Assembly: GCA_963778655.1 (NCBI GenBank) | Contig: CAVZVA010000002.1 | Location: 192,001 to 256,000 of the forward strand | DNA length: 64,000 nucleotides | From: an uncultured delta proteobacterium | Lineage (GTDB): Bacteria; Myxococcota_A; Polyangia; Polyangiales; JAFGIB01 | Direction: 5' to 3' | Shown here: positions 42,601 through 52,100 of the stretch, one piece after another | Layout of the letters: the number at the start of each line of letters is the position of its first letter | How positions within the stretch are numbered: position 1 is the first letter of the stretch | Made by a program: the position numbers and the translations under genes | The notes under the pieces: model-generated | What the model was told of the DNA's origin: nothing | The model's database searches: none | Seen by the model: only the letters and a program-made list of their open reading frames with translations

Positions 42601-42990
42601 GGCGGCGTGCTGGGAGCGATGGAGACGCTCTACCAGCGCGCCAAGATCCAGGACGAGAGCCTGTACTACGAGTCGCTCAAGCACTCGGGCAAGCTGCCGA
42701 TCATCGGCGTCAACACCTTCGAGAACCCCGGCGCGGCGAACGCTCGCGTGGAGCCGCCGTCGGTGGCGCGCTCCACCGACGAGGAGAAGCGGGCCCAGCT
42801 CGACAACTTGCGCGCATTTCAGGGGCGAGCGGCTGAGCGTCGCGCGCCGGCGCTGCAGCAGCTGCGGCAGAGCGCCCGGCGTGGCGACAACGTGTTCGCC
42901 GCGCTGATGCAGGCGGTCAAGCACGCCAGCCTGGGCGAGATCACGAACGCGCTATTCGAGGTGGGCGGCGCCTACCGCCGCGCCATGTAG
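39610..42990 (+). CDS. icmF: Fused isobutyryl-CoA mutase / MeaI GTPase IcmF
   Basis: FDGHDAAINI B12-binding, GTGGAGKSS GTPase, RMFAGEG (Phe specificity residue), QADILKEDQAQNTC, GGAYRRAM. Confidence 0.95.
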   Translation: MRVVTATSLFDGHDAAINIVRRLLQSQGAEVIHLGHDRSVDEIVTAAIQEDADAIAVSSYQGGHNEFFRFMLDELRARGAGHVRVYGGGGGTILEHEARALEAYGVARIFGPEEGRALGLQGMVAAMLQPQGRPEPPAPAAEGVLLSPREPLAIARSISWLERFGPEGGPGVEALRAALRAHRTRPAPVLGFTGTGGAGKSSVVDELVRRLRRDAPEATLGLLLVDPSRRRSGGALLGDRIRFNAIHAPNVYVRSLATRRAHLSLSAAVADAVLVLQAAGFDLVLVETAGIGQSDSEIIDLADVSVYVMTPEFGAPSQLEKIDMLELGDVVVLNKHDRRGAADALRDVRKQWRRNHVAFDLADEQIPVFPTIASQWDDPGLERLYQHLRQRAIEAGAAVLDVPAPSAALEVAVQHGAVVPPERERYLAEIASAVRAYRAATEAQAEIAADAEAFARALHAFGGPPLAIAEALPQERAAAHASEPGRALRARYQAALEELAPELRAALRAWPETCARYQAESQHYQVRGRELSVENQVETLAHTKLPRVALPASRSWGELARYLRAEGLPGSFPFTAGVFPFKRKNEDPGRMFAGEGGPERTNRRFHLLAAGQPAVRLSTAFDSVTLYGRDPAERPDVYGKVGNSGVSVCTLDDAKKLYSGFDLCDPRTSVSMTINGPAPTVLAFFLNAAIDQQVEKHLRQSGRLEQVRARFAGRGLPEYRGPLPQGHDGLGLGLLGIAGDEAVDAETYARIAAEVLRTVRGTVQADILKEDQAQNTCIFSTGFALRLMGDIQSYFVEHAVGNFYSVSISGYHIAEAGANPITQLAFTLANGFTYVEHYLARGMKIDDFAPSFSFFFSNGLDAEYNVIGRVARRIWAIALRERYGGAERSQKLKYHVQTSGRSLHAQEMAFNDIRTTLQALSGLFDNCNSLHTNAYDEAVTTPTEESVRRAVAIQLIIQRELGLAQNENPIQGSYVIERLTDLVEEAVLQELERLSERGGVLGAMETLYQRAKIQDESLYYESLKHSGKLPIIGVNTFENPGAANARVEPPSVARSTDEEKRAQLDNLRAFQGRAAERRAPALQQLRQSARRGDNVFAALMQAVKHASLGEITNALFEVGGAYRRAM

Positions 42991-43030
42991 CGCTGGATGC
43001 GACGCTCGCGTCGCAAGAGCCCTGACACGC

Positions 43031-43104
43031 GAAGGCGGGAAGACGGGAAGATCGTCCGATCGGGCGGACAACAATCATCGCTCTTCCCGTCTTCCCGTCT
43101 TCCT
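43031..43104. repeat. REP-like family B inverted repeat
   Basis: GAAGGCGGGAAGACGGGAAGA ... TCTTCCCGTCTTCCCGTCTTC after icmF. Confidence 0.85.
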
Positions 43105-43243
43105 GCTGATATCCGAAAAGCGGTACGCGCACGTCGTACGCCTTGGCCGGTCCGCGGGGCGGCGCTAAGGTAGCTGCGGCTTGCCGCGCCGCGCCCTGCT
43201 CGCCGCGCGTGGTTCCGCCGCCACCACCTTCAGGAGGTCGCTC

Positions 43244-44365
43244 ATGCGCGCCGTCGCCGTGTTTCCCGCTGAAAAGCGCATCCGTGTGATCGACCATCCC
43301 GAGCCTCGCTTGCAGCGCGACGACGACGTCGAGCTGCGCATGCTCGACATTGGCGTGTGCGGCACCGACCGCGAGATCGCGCGCTTCGACTACGGCTCAC
43401 CGCCCGCGGGCAGCGACTACCTCGTGATCGGGCACGAATCGCTGGGCGAGGTGCTGCAGGTGGGCGCCGCGGTCGAGGGCCTGCATCCCGGCGACCTGGT
43501 GGTGACGATGGTGCGGCGGCCGTGCGGGCAGCCGCAGTGCCCCGCCTGCGCCGTTGGCCGCCAGGACTTCTGCCTGACGGGCGCATTCACCGAGCGTGGG
43601 ATCAACCGCCGCCACGGGTTCATGACCGAGCGCGTGGTCGATCAGGCGCGCTACATGCACAGGGTGCCGGCCGAGCTGCGCGAGGTCGGCGTGCTGGTGG
43701 AGCCGCTGACCATCGCGGAGAAGGCTTTGATCGAGGTGGTCGACGTCGAGGACCGCCTGCCATGGGTACCGCGGGGCGAGGCGCGCAAGGACGGCCGGCG
43801 GGCGCTGGTGCTCGGCGCCGGCCCCGTGGGCTTGCTGGGCGCGATGGCCTTGCGCGTTCGAGGCTTCGAAACTTGGGTGTACTCGCTCGAGCCGGCGGAC
43901 AGCGAAAAGGCGCGCTGGGTCGGCTCGATCGGGGCGCGCTACCTGTGCGCCAAGGATCACCAGGTGGCCGCGCTGGCGGCCGAGATCGGCAACATCGATC
44001 TGATGTACGAGGCCACCGGCGCCTCCGGCCTCTCGTTCGAGGCGATGAAGGCGCTCGGCGTCAACGGCGTGTTCATCTTCACCGGTGTGCCCGGACGCAA
44101 GGGTCCAATCGAGCTCGATGCCGACACGGTGATGCGCAACCTGGTGCTGAAGAACCAGCTGGTCTACGGCACCGTCAACGCCGGCCCGGACGCATTTCGC
44201 AACGCGGTGGCCGACCTGTCCGAGCTCCACCGCCGCTGGCCGCAGCAGCTGCGCGCCCTGATCACCGGCCGCTATGCGCCCGAAGCGTTCGAGGACCTGC
44301 TGCTGGGGCCGCCTTCGGGCATCAAGCGCGTGGTCAGCTTCGCGCAGGACGCACGGCGCTCATGA
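43244..44365 (+). CDS. Zn-dependent glucose 1-dehydrogenase (MDR family)
   Basis: AGGAGG RBS; GVCGTDREI, GHESLG, VRRPC..C..C.....DFC, ERGI, EPLTIAEKA, GAGPVG, GTVNA. Confidence 0.9.
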   Translation: MRAVAVFPAEKRIRVIDHPEPRLQRDDDVELRMLDIGVCGTDREIARFDYGSPPAGSDYLVIGHESLGEVLQVGAAVEGLHPGDLVVTMVRRPCGQPQCPACAVGRQDFCLTGAFTERGINRRHGFMTERVVDQARYMHRVPAELREVGVLVEPLTIAEKALIEVVDVEDRLPWVPRGEARKDGRRALVLGAGPVGLLGAMALRVRGFETWVYSLEPADSEKARWVGSIGARYLCAKDHQVAALAAEIGNIDLMYEATGASGLSFEAMKALGVNGVFIFTGVPGRKGPIELDADTVMRNLVLKNQLVYGTVNAGPDAFRNAVADLSELHRRWPQQLRALITGRYAPEAFEDLLLGPPSGIKRVVSFAQDARRS

Positions 44366-47052
44366 CGGCCCCGGACCCGGGTCCCGTCCAGCAACGGCTC
44401 GACCAGGCCGACCGCGGCGAGCAGGACTGGCGCTTGTTCGGACCCTACCTCGCGGAGCGGCAGTGGGGCACGGTGCGCGAGGACTACTCCGAGGATGCCG
44501 ATGTCTGGCGCTACCTGCCGCACGATCACGCGCGCAGCCGCGCCTATCGTTGGGGCGAGGACGGGCTGCTCGGGCTCAGCGACCGGGAATGTCGGCTGTG
44601 CTTCGCGCTGGCGCTGTGGAACGGCAAGGATCCCATTCTCAAGGAACGGCTGTTCGGCCTCAACGGCCATGAAGGCAACCACGGCGAGGACGTCAAGGAG
44701 CTCTACTACTACCTCGACGCCACGCCCTGCTATTCGTACCTGCGGGCGCTGTACAAGTACCCGCAGGCGGAGTTTCCCTACGCGCGGCTGTGCCAGCAGA
44801 ACGCGGCCCGTAGCCGGGCCGAGCCCGAATTCGAGCTGGAGGATACCGGCCTGCTGGAGCAGGGGCGCTACTTCGACGTGTCGGTCGAGTACGCCAAGGC
44901 GAGCCCAGAGGACGTGCTGATCCGAATCCGCTGCACCAACCGCGGCCCCGAGCCGGCGACGCTGCAGGTGCTGCCGACGCTGTGGCTGCGCAACACCTGG
45001 GCCTGGGGACGGAGCGGCGAGGGCTACTGGCCCAAGGGGCGCATCGCCCGCGCCGCCTTCGGGCTGGCGGCCGATCACCCCTCGCTCGGCGCGTACGCGC
45101 TCGCCTGCGACACGCTCGACGGAGCGGCGCCACGCCTGCTGTTCACTGACAACGAGACCAACGCCGAGCGGCTGTTCGGGGCGCGCAACGCCTCGTCCTA
45201 CGTGAAGGACGCGTTTCACCGCCACCTGTGCGGGGGCGAGCGGGCAGCCGTCAACCCGGAGCAGAACGGCACCAAGGCCGCGGCCTGGTACACGCTCGCG
45301 CTGGGCGCGGGCGAGCAGCGCGAGCTGAGGCTGAGGCTGTGCGCGCGCGAGCAGCTCGCGTCCGGCGGGGCTTTCGCGGGATTCGCTCAGCTGTTCGAGC
45401 GGCGGCAGCAGGAAGCCGACCAGTTCTTCCTGGCGCGGCGTGATGCGCCGCTCTCGGCGCAGGAGCGCAAGGTGGCTCGCCAGGCCGATGCCGGCTTGCT
45501 GTGGTCGCGGCAGTTCTATTGCTACGTCGTGCCGCAGTGGCTCGAAGGCGATCCGGCGCAACCGCCCCCGCCGCCCGCGCGTCGCAGAGGCCGCAACAGC
45601 CAGTGGCGCCAGCTCTGGGCGCGCGACGTGATCTCGATGCCGGACAAGTGGGAGTACCCGTGGTTCGCGTCGTGGGACCTGGCGTTTCAGTGCGTCGCTG
45701 CCGCGCGCATCGACCCGGGCTTCGCCAAGCAGCAGCTCTTGCTGCTCACCCGCGAGTGGTACATGCACCCCAACGCAGACCTTCCCGCCTACGAGTTCGA
45801 GTTCGGCGATTGCAATCCGCCGCTCCACGCCTGGGCGGCCTGGCGGGTGTACCGGCTCAGCGCGCAACAGGGTCGCGGCCACGACCGGCTGTTTCTCGAG
45901 TCGGTATTCCAGAAGTGCATCGCCAACTTCACCCACTGGGTGAACCGCAAGGACATGGACGGTAACAACCTGTTCGCGGGGGGCTTCCTGGGGCTGGACA
46001 ACGTGGGCGTGTTCGATCGCTCGCGCCCTCTGCCCGGCGACGGGCGGCTGGAGCAAGCCGACGCCACCGCGTGGATGGCCTTCTACGCCAGCACCATGCT
46101 CGCGATCGCGCTGGAGCTGGCGGCCGAGGATGCCGCGTACGGCGACATCGCCTCGAAATTCTTCGAGCACTTTCTGGCCATCGCGCAGGCGATCAACGAG
46201 CTGGGCGGCAGCGGGCTATGGGACGAGCAGGACGGCTTCTACTACGACCACGCCCAGTTCGCGGGCCAGAGCGTCCCGCTGCGCGTCCGCTCCATGGTGG
46301 GGATCATTCCACTGTTCGCGGCCGAGTCGCTCGAAGCCGCGCAGATCGCTCGGCTGCCGCTGTTCCTCGAACGCGTGCAGTGGTTCCTGAGCAACCGCCC
46401 CGACCTCACCGGTGAGATCGCGTGCATGCGCGAGGACCCATCCAAGCAAAGGCGTCTGCTCTCGATCGTCCCGCCCGAGCGCCTGGTGCGCGTGCTGCGC
46501 TACGTGCTCGACGAACACGAGCTGCTGTCTCCGTTCGGCGTGCGCTCGCTGTCCAAGTACCACGCCGACCATCCGTACGTGCTCGACGAGGCCGGGCAGC
46601 ACGGCGAGGTGCGCTACGCGCCCGGCGAGTCGCCGAGCGGGCTGTTCGGCGGCAATTCGAACTGGCGTGGCCCGGTGTGGTTTCCGCTCAACTACCTGCT
46701 GATCGAGGCGCTCAAGCGCCATCATCACTTCTATGGCAGCGCGCTTCGAGTCGAGTGCCCGGTCGGGTCGGGCCGCATGTGCACGCTGCGCGAGGTGGCC
46801 CAGATGCTCGAGCGGCGCCTGGCCGCGCTCTTCCTGCCGGACGGCGCCGGGCGCAGCCCGTGGCAGGGCGACGCCAGCCTGTACCGGCAGGACCCGTCCT
46901 TCGCGGGGCTGGTGCTGTTTCACGAGTACTTCCACGGCGAGCACGGCAAGGGGCTGGGGGCCAGTCATCAGACCGGCTGGACCGCGCTCGCGGCCAACGT
47001 GCTGGAGCGCGTCGCCTCGGTGCGGGGCGCTCGCGAGCACAGCGGTTCGTAA
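44362..47052 (+). CDS. MGH1-like / GH63 glucosidase
   Basis: GPYLAERQWGTVREDYS, SMPDKWEYPWFASWDLAF, GGNSNWRGPVW, FHEYFHG..GLGASHQTGWT; ATGA overlap. Confidence 0.93.
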   Translation: MTAPDPGPVQQRLDQADRGEQDWRLFGPYLAERQWGTVREDYSEDADVWRYLPHDHARSRAYRWGEDGLLGLSDRECRLCFALALWNGKDPILKERLFGLNGHEGNHGEDVKELYYYLDATPCYSYLRALYKYPQAEFPYARLCQQNAARSRAEPEFELEDTGLLEQGRYFDVSVEYAKASPEDVLIRIRCTNRGPEPATLQVLPTLWLRNTWAWGRSGEGYWPKGRIARAAFGLAADHPSLGAYALACDTLDGAAPRLLFTDNETNAERLFGARNASSYVKDAFHRHLCGGERAAVNPEQNGTKAAAWYTLALGAGEQRELRLRLCAREQLASGGAFAGFAQLFERRQQEADQFFLARRDAPLSAQERKVARQADAGLLWSRQFYCYVVPQWLEGDPAQPPPPPARRRGRNSQWRQLWARDVISMPDKWEYPWFASWDLAFQCVAAARIDPGFAKQQLLLLTREWYMHPNADLPAYEFEFGDCNPPLHAWAAWRVYRLSAQQGRGHDRLFLESVFQKCIANFTHWVNRKDMDGNNLFAGGFLGLDNVGVFDRSRPLPGDGRLEQADATAWMAFYASTMLAIALELAAEDAAYGDIASKFFEHFLAIAQAINELGGSGLWDEQDGFYYDHAQFAGQSVPLRVRSMVGIIPLFAAESLEAAQIARLPLFLERVQWFLSNRPDLTGEIACMREDPSKQRRLLSIVPPERLVRVLRYVLDEHELLSPFGVRSLSKYHADHPYVLDEAGQHGEVRYAPGESPSGLFGGNSNWRGPVWFPLNYLLIEALKRHHHFYGSALRVECPVGSGRMCTLREVAQMLERRLAALFLPDGAGRSPWQGDASLYRQDPSFAGLVLFHEYFHGEHGKGLGASHQTGWTALAANVLERVASVRGAREHSGS

Positions 47053-47099
47053 GCCCGTTCCGGGTTTCCGCCCCAATGCGCCCTCGGTTCTCTTGTCAT

Positions 47100-47169
47100 C
47101 GGGAGAAGCACGCGTTCCTCCCGCCCCACCGTCCCGCGAGGGTCGCTTCGCTCCCGCGTGGCCCGAACC
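47100..47169. repeat. REP-like family A copy
   Basis: CGGGAG-AAGCACGCGTTC-CTCCCG hairpin, CCGCGAGGGTCGCTTCGCTCCCG identical to 464-486, GTGGCCCGAACC. Confidence 0.75.
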
Positions 47170-47345
47170 GTGATCGAGACTGCAGGCGTCGTGCTGGACG
47201 CCGGGCCGGCGGCTTGCCTACATGCGCGCCCGCCGGTCTCTCGACCTGTGGGCGACCGCCACGCTAAGATCGGGCGGCGTCGCGGCTCGCCCAGCGGAGT
47301 GCTCCCGGCATCGTGGGCTGTGTACATCGCGCGGCCCGGATCCCC

Positions 47346-49184
47346 ATGCGATTTGCCCTCGCTCCGCACGCCGATCGGAGCCGTTGCTTCGCCCACAACC
47401 GCCGCGCCCTGCCCCGCCGCAGCTGCGCGCGGCACGCAGTCGCACCCGCGATGCTCGGCGCCGCGCTCGCGCTCGGCGCCTGGCTCGCCGCCGGCGCCGC
47501 GCAGGCACAGAGCAAGGGCTTCGCCCTCGATCGCTACGAGCGCGCCGCCTTCGGCAGCGACTGGTTCGTCGGCGAGTCGCTCGACCTGCGCGGCCGCGCG
47601 CGTCCAGCGCTGGGGCTCACGCTCGATTGGTCGCACAAGCCGCTGGTACTTTACGACGCGCAGGGCAAGGAAGTTGCGGCGCTGCTCAAAGACCAGCTCT
47701 ACGCGCACCTCGGGGGCGAGCTGACGCTCTTCGACCGGGTGCGCTTCGGTGTGGAGCTGCCGGTTGAGCTGTTTCAATCCGGCCAGGCCGCCACGCTCGG
47801 CACCACCACGCTCGCCCCCTCGACCAGCGCGAGCGTGGGCGACATGCGACTCGGCGCAGCCGTGCGCCTGCTCGGCGTGTACGGCGAGGCCGTGACGCTG
47901 GCCGCAGGCCTACAGCTGCACCTGCCGAGCGGCAGCCGCAACGCCTATACCGGCGACGGCAAGGTGCGGCTAACGCCGCGGGTGATGGTCGCAGGCGAGA
48001 TCGCGGCCTTCGCCTATTCGGCCAGCGCCGGCTTCAACTACCGTGCGCAGGGCGAGCGCCTGGCGACGGTCGCGACCGGCAGCGAGCTGTTGCTCTCGGC
48101 CACCGCCGGCGTGCGCGTGCTCGATCGCAAGCTGCTGCTGGGGCCGGAGCTGTGGGGCTCGACCGTGGTCAGCAAGGGCGCCGCCTTCGGGAAGGAGACG
48201 ACGCCGTTCGAGGTCGTGCTGGGCGGCCACTACCGCATCCCCGATTTCATCTTCGGGCTCGGGATCGGCCCCGGACTCACACGAGGCCTGGGCGCGCCCG
48301 CGCTGCGTGTGTTGGCATCGCTCGACTTCATCCCCGACATCCCACCGCCGGTCGAACGCGTGGTCGAGCCTGAGCCGCCGCCGCAGGATCGCGATCACGA
48401 CGGCGTGGTCGACGCAGAGGACGCCTGCCCCGATACGCCGGGCCAGAAGAACAGCGATCCGCGCAAGAACGGCTGCCCGCCGGACCGCGACGACGACGGC
48501 GTCCCCGATGCCGAGGACGCCTGCCCCGACACCCCAGGCCAGAAGAGCGACGACGCGAGCAAGAACGGTTGCCCCGCGGACCGCGACGGAGACGGAGTCG
48601 CCGATGCCGAGGACGCCTGCGCTGACACCCCGGGCCACAGGAGCGACGACCCCGGCAAGAACGGCTGTCCGCCCGATCGCGACGGCGACGGAGTGCTCGA
48701 TACCGAGGATGCCTGCCCGGATGCGCCTGGCGAGCGCAACGCGGACCCGCGCAAGAACGGCTGCCCGGCGGCGCGCGTCGAGCAGGGCCAGATCAAGATC
48801 CTCGAGCGCATCGAGTTCAAGACCAACAGCGCGGAGCTGCTGCCTTCGAGCGATCCCGTGCTCGAGGCGGTGCGCAAGATCCTCGAAGAGCACGCGGAGA
48901 TCACCCGACTTGCGGTCGAGGGCCACACCGACAACGTGGGCAAGGCCGAATACAACGACCGCTTGAGCCAGCGCCGTGCCAACAGCGTGCTCAAGTGGCT
49001 GACCAAGCACGGTATCGCGCGCGCGCGCCTCGAGGCCCACGGCTTCGGGATGCGCAGGCCGATCGAGAGCAACTTCACCGCGGAGGGCCGCGAGCACAAC
49101 CGCCGCGTCGAGTTCCACATCAAGGAGCTGGACGGCAAGCCCGCAACCACGAGCGCCGGCGAGGACAGCCAACAGGAGAAGTGA
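47346..49184 (+). CDS. OmpA-family outer-membrane protein with beta-barrel and thrombospondin type-3-like repeats (TraB-like architecture)
   Basis: Signal peptide, barrel region, four 32-aa DRDxDG..DxEDACP..NGCP repeats (48387-48770), EGHTD..LSQRRA..NRRVEF; start 47346 or 47451. Confidence 0.92.
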   Translation: MRFALAPHADRSRCFAHNRRALPRRSCARHAVAPAMLGAALALGAWLAAGAAQAQSKGFALDRYERAAFGSDWFVGESLDLRGRARPALGLTLDWSHKPLVLYDAQGKEVAALLKDQLYAHLGGELTLFDRVRFGVELPVELFQSGQAATLGTTTLAPSTSASVGDMRLGAAVRLLGVYGEAVTLAAGLQLHLPSGSRNAYTGDGKVRLTPRVMVAGEIAAFAYSASAGFNYRAQGERLATVATGSELLLSATAGVRVLDRKLLLGPELWGSTVVSKGAAFGKETTPFEVVLGGHYRIPDFIFGLGIGPGLTRGLGAPALRVLASLDFIPDIPPPVERVVEPEPPPQDRDHDGVVDAEDACPDTPGQKNSDPRKNGCPPDRDDDGVPDAEDACPDTPGQKSDDASKNGCPADRDGDGVADAEDACADTPGHRSDDPGKNGCPPDRDGDGVLDTEDACPDAPGERNADPRKNGCPAARVEQGQIKILERIEFKTNSAELLPSSDPVLEAVRKILEEHAEITRLAVEGHTDNVGKAEYNDRLSQRRANSVLKWLTKHGIARARLEAHGFGMRRPIESNFTAEGREHNRRVEFHIKELDGKPATTSAGEDSQQEK

Positions 49185-49185
49185 G

Positions 49186-52100
49186 ATGGCAAGCTTTCAC
49201 CGGAAGCACGCAGCGCTCGAGACCAGCCTCGCCCTCGGCGCAATGAACCCCGCAGTCGGCGCGACGCGCAGGACGCGGGCTTGGTGGCTGCTCGGGTTGC
49301 TGCTGCTGGCTCGCGCGCAGACCGCCTGGGCCGACCCGGCGCTGCGCGTGCAGATGGACGTACACGGCGACTTCGTGCTGTTCGGCAACACGGTCGCGCA
49401 GGATTGCGCCACGTTCTTTCCGGCGATCCCCGCTCCGGTGGTCGGCACCATCGGCACCTGCCCGGACGGCAACACCTTCGCGCCCGACGCTTACTGGCGC
49501 GCCGACGATCCCGGCAGCGGCCAGGCCCTCGCCGACACCTCCATAGCGCCGGCCGACGCGCGCAGCACGGCCGTGCTGGTGCTGCCTGAAGACGCCAACG
49601 TGGTGTACGCACGGCTGTACTGGGGCGCGCTCAGCGCCGCGAGCGGCCCCGACACCAGCGTGCGCGTGCAGCGCCCGAGCACCGGCCTCGACACCATGGT
49701 CAGCGCCGACGACAGCGCGATGGTCAACGATGCCAACACCGGCCGCTTCTGGTATCAGTCCACCGCCGACGTGACCAGCCTGGTCAAGGCGCAAGGCCCC
49801 GGCGCGTACCGCCTGGCCGACATCGAGTCGGCGAACCTCGTCGGTCTCAACGATACCCACGCGGTGATCGCCTGGTACATGGTGGTGCTGTATCGGCTCG
49901 GCGGCGAGCCCTCGCGCAACATCGCGATCTTCGATGGGCTGGATCTGGTCGACCAGAGCGTGGGCAACGCGTCGGCTTCGCTCACCGGCTTCCTGGTGCC
50001 CAACGCGGGCTTCGACGCCAAGCTGGGGGTGGTCGCGTACGAAGGCGAGGCGGAGCTGCCGGGCGATTCGCTCTCCTTCAACGGCAGCACGCTCTCCAAC
50101 GGCCTCAACCCCGCTAACAACTTCTTCAACGCGAGCCGCACCTTCCTGGGAAGCGCCGTCACCAACGCAGGCGACCTGCCACAGCTGACCGGTGAGCCAC
50201 GCAGCCTGAGCAACGTCGACATCGACGTGGTCGACGTGACCAGCCTGGTCCAGGCCGGTGACTCCTCGGCCACGATCGCCGCCACCTCCACCATCGACAC
50301 CTACCTGCTCGGCGCGTTCATCACCTCGATTTCGACCTACAAGCCGGATTTCACCACCTCGACCAAGACCGTGACCGACCTCAACGGCGGCGCGTTGCGC
50401 CCGGGCGACGAGCTCGAATACGCGATCGCGGTCACCAACAACGGCAGCGACACCTCGACCAACACCGTGCTGACGGACACGCTGCCTTCGCAGGTCACGT
50501 TCGTGCCAGGCTCGCTCGAGATCGTGAGCGGCGCGAACGCCGGCGCCAAGACCGACGCCTCGGGCGACGACCAGGCCGAGTTCACGCCGGGTAGCTCCAC
50601 CGTCACCTTCCGGCTCGGCGCCGGCGCGACCTCTACGCAAGGCGGCGAGCTCGCAATCGGTGCGAGCAGCACGGTGCGCTTTCACGTGGTGGTCAACGCC
50701 GATGCCAGTGGGACGATCTCCAACCAGGCGGTCATCAACGCCAGGGGCCAGCAGGGCGCGCCGGCCGAGAACACGCTCACCGATGGCAACGGCGTGGAGC
50801 CCGGCTCGCCGCCGACCACCGTCACCGTGGATCTGTGCGAGGCCGACCAGGACTGCGCCAATCCCACGCCTTTCTGCGACGTCTCGAGCAGCCCCAAGCT
50901 GTGCGTGGCGTGCCTGACCAGCGCGCAGTGCAAGGACGCGAGCAAGCCCGACTGCAACTTCACCACGCACGTGTGCGAGTGCACCGGCGGCAACGGCAAC
51001 TGCGTCGACAGCGACGGCGACGGCCTCAGCGACGGCGCCGAGGCCGTGCTGGGCACCGATCCGCACGACGCCGACAGCGATGACGACGGCGTGCCGGACG
51101 GCAGCGAGCTGGCGCCAGACAAGGACAGCGACGGCGACGGGGTGATCAACGCGCTCGACGCCGACAGCGACAACGACGGGCTGTTCGACGGCACTGAGCT
51201 CGGGTTCGACTGCAGCGGCCCCGGCACCGACGCCGCGCGCGGCCACTGCCGACCCGACGCCGACATGGGCGCGACCACCACCAACCCCGTGGCCCGCGAC
51301 ACCGACGGCGGCGGCGCCAGCGATGGGTCGGAAGACTTCAACCTCGATGGCGCGATCGACCCCGGCGAGACCGATCCCACACTCGGCCACGGCGACGACG
51401 ACGCCTCGGTGAAGGACGCGGACCACGATGGGCTGGGCGACGAGCTCGAGAAGCACCTGCACAGTGATCCGAACGACGCCGACAGCGACGACGACGGCGC
51501 GCTCGACGGCGAGGAGGCCAATCCCAGCGACGACGTCGATGGCGACAAGCTGATCTCCGTGCTGGACACCGACAGCGACAACGACGGCCTGTTCGATGGT
51601 ACCGAGCTGGGCAAGGGCTGCGACCGCAGCGCGACCGATGCGAGCAAGGGGCATTGCCGGCCCGACAGCGACGCGGGCGCCACGCTGACCTCGCCGCTGC
51701 TGCGCGACAGCGACGCGGGTGGGGCGAGCGACGGCTCCGAGGACAGCAACCTCAACGGCATCGTGGACGGGGCGGAGACCGATCCCACCCGAGGCCACGG
51801 CGGCGACGACGGCTCGGTCGTCGACTCCGACGGCGACGGGCTGTCCGACCCGCTCGAGGCCACGCTCGGCACCGACCCCAACGATGCGGACAGCGACGAC
51901 GACGGTGCGCTCGACGGCGAGGAGGCCAATCCCAGCGACGACAGCGATGGCGACGGCACGCTCAACGCGCTCGATCCGGACAGCGACGGCGACGGGCTGT
52001 TCGACGGCACCGAGCTGGGCAAGGGCTGCGGCGACGCGGCGACCGACGCCGGCCAGGGCCACTGCACGGCCGACGCGGACGCGGGCGCGACCACCACCAG

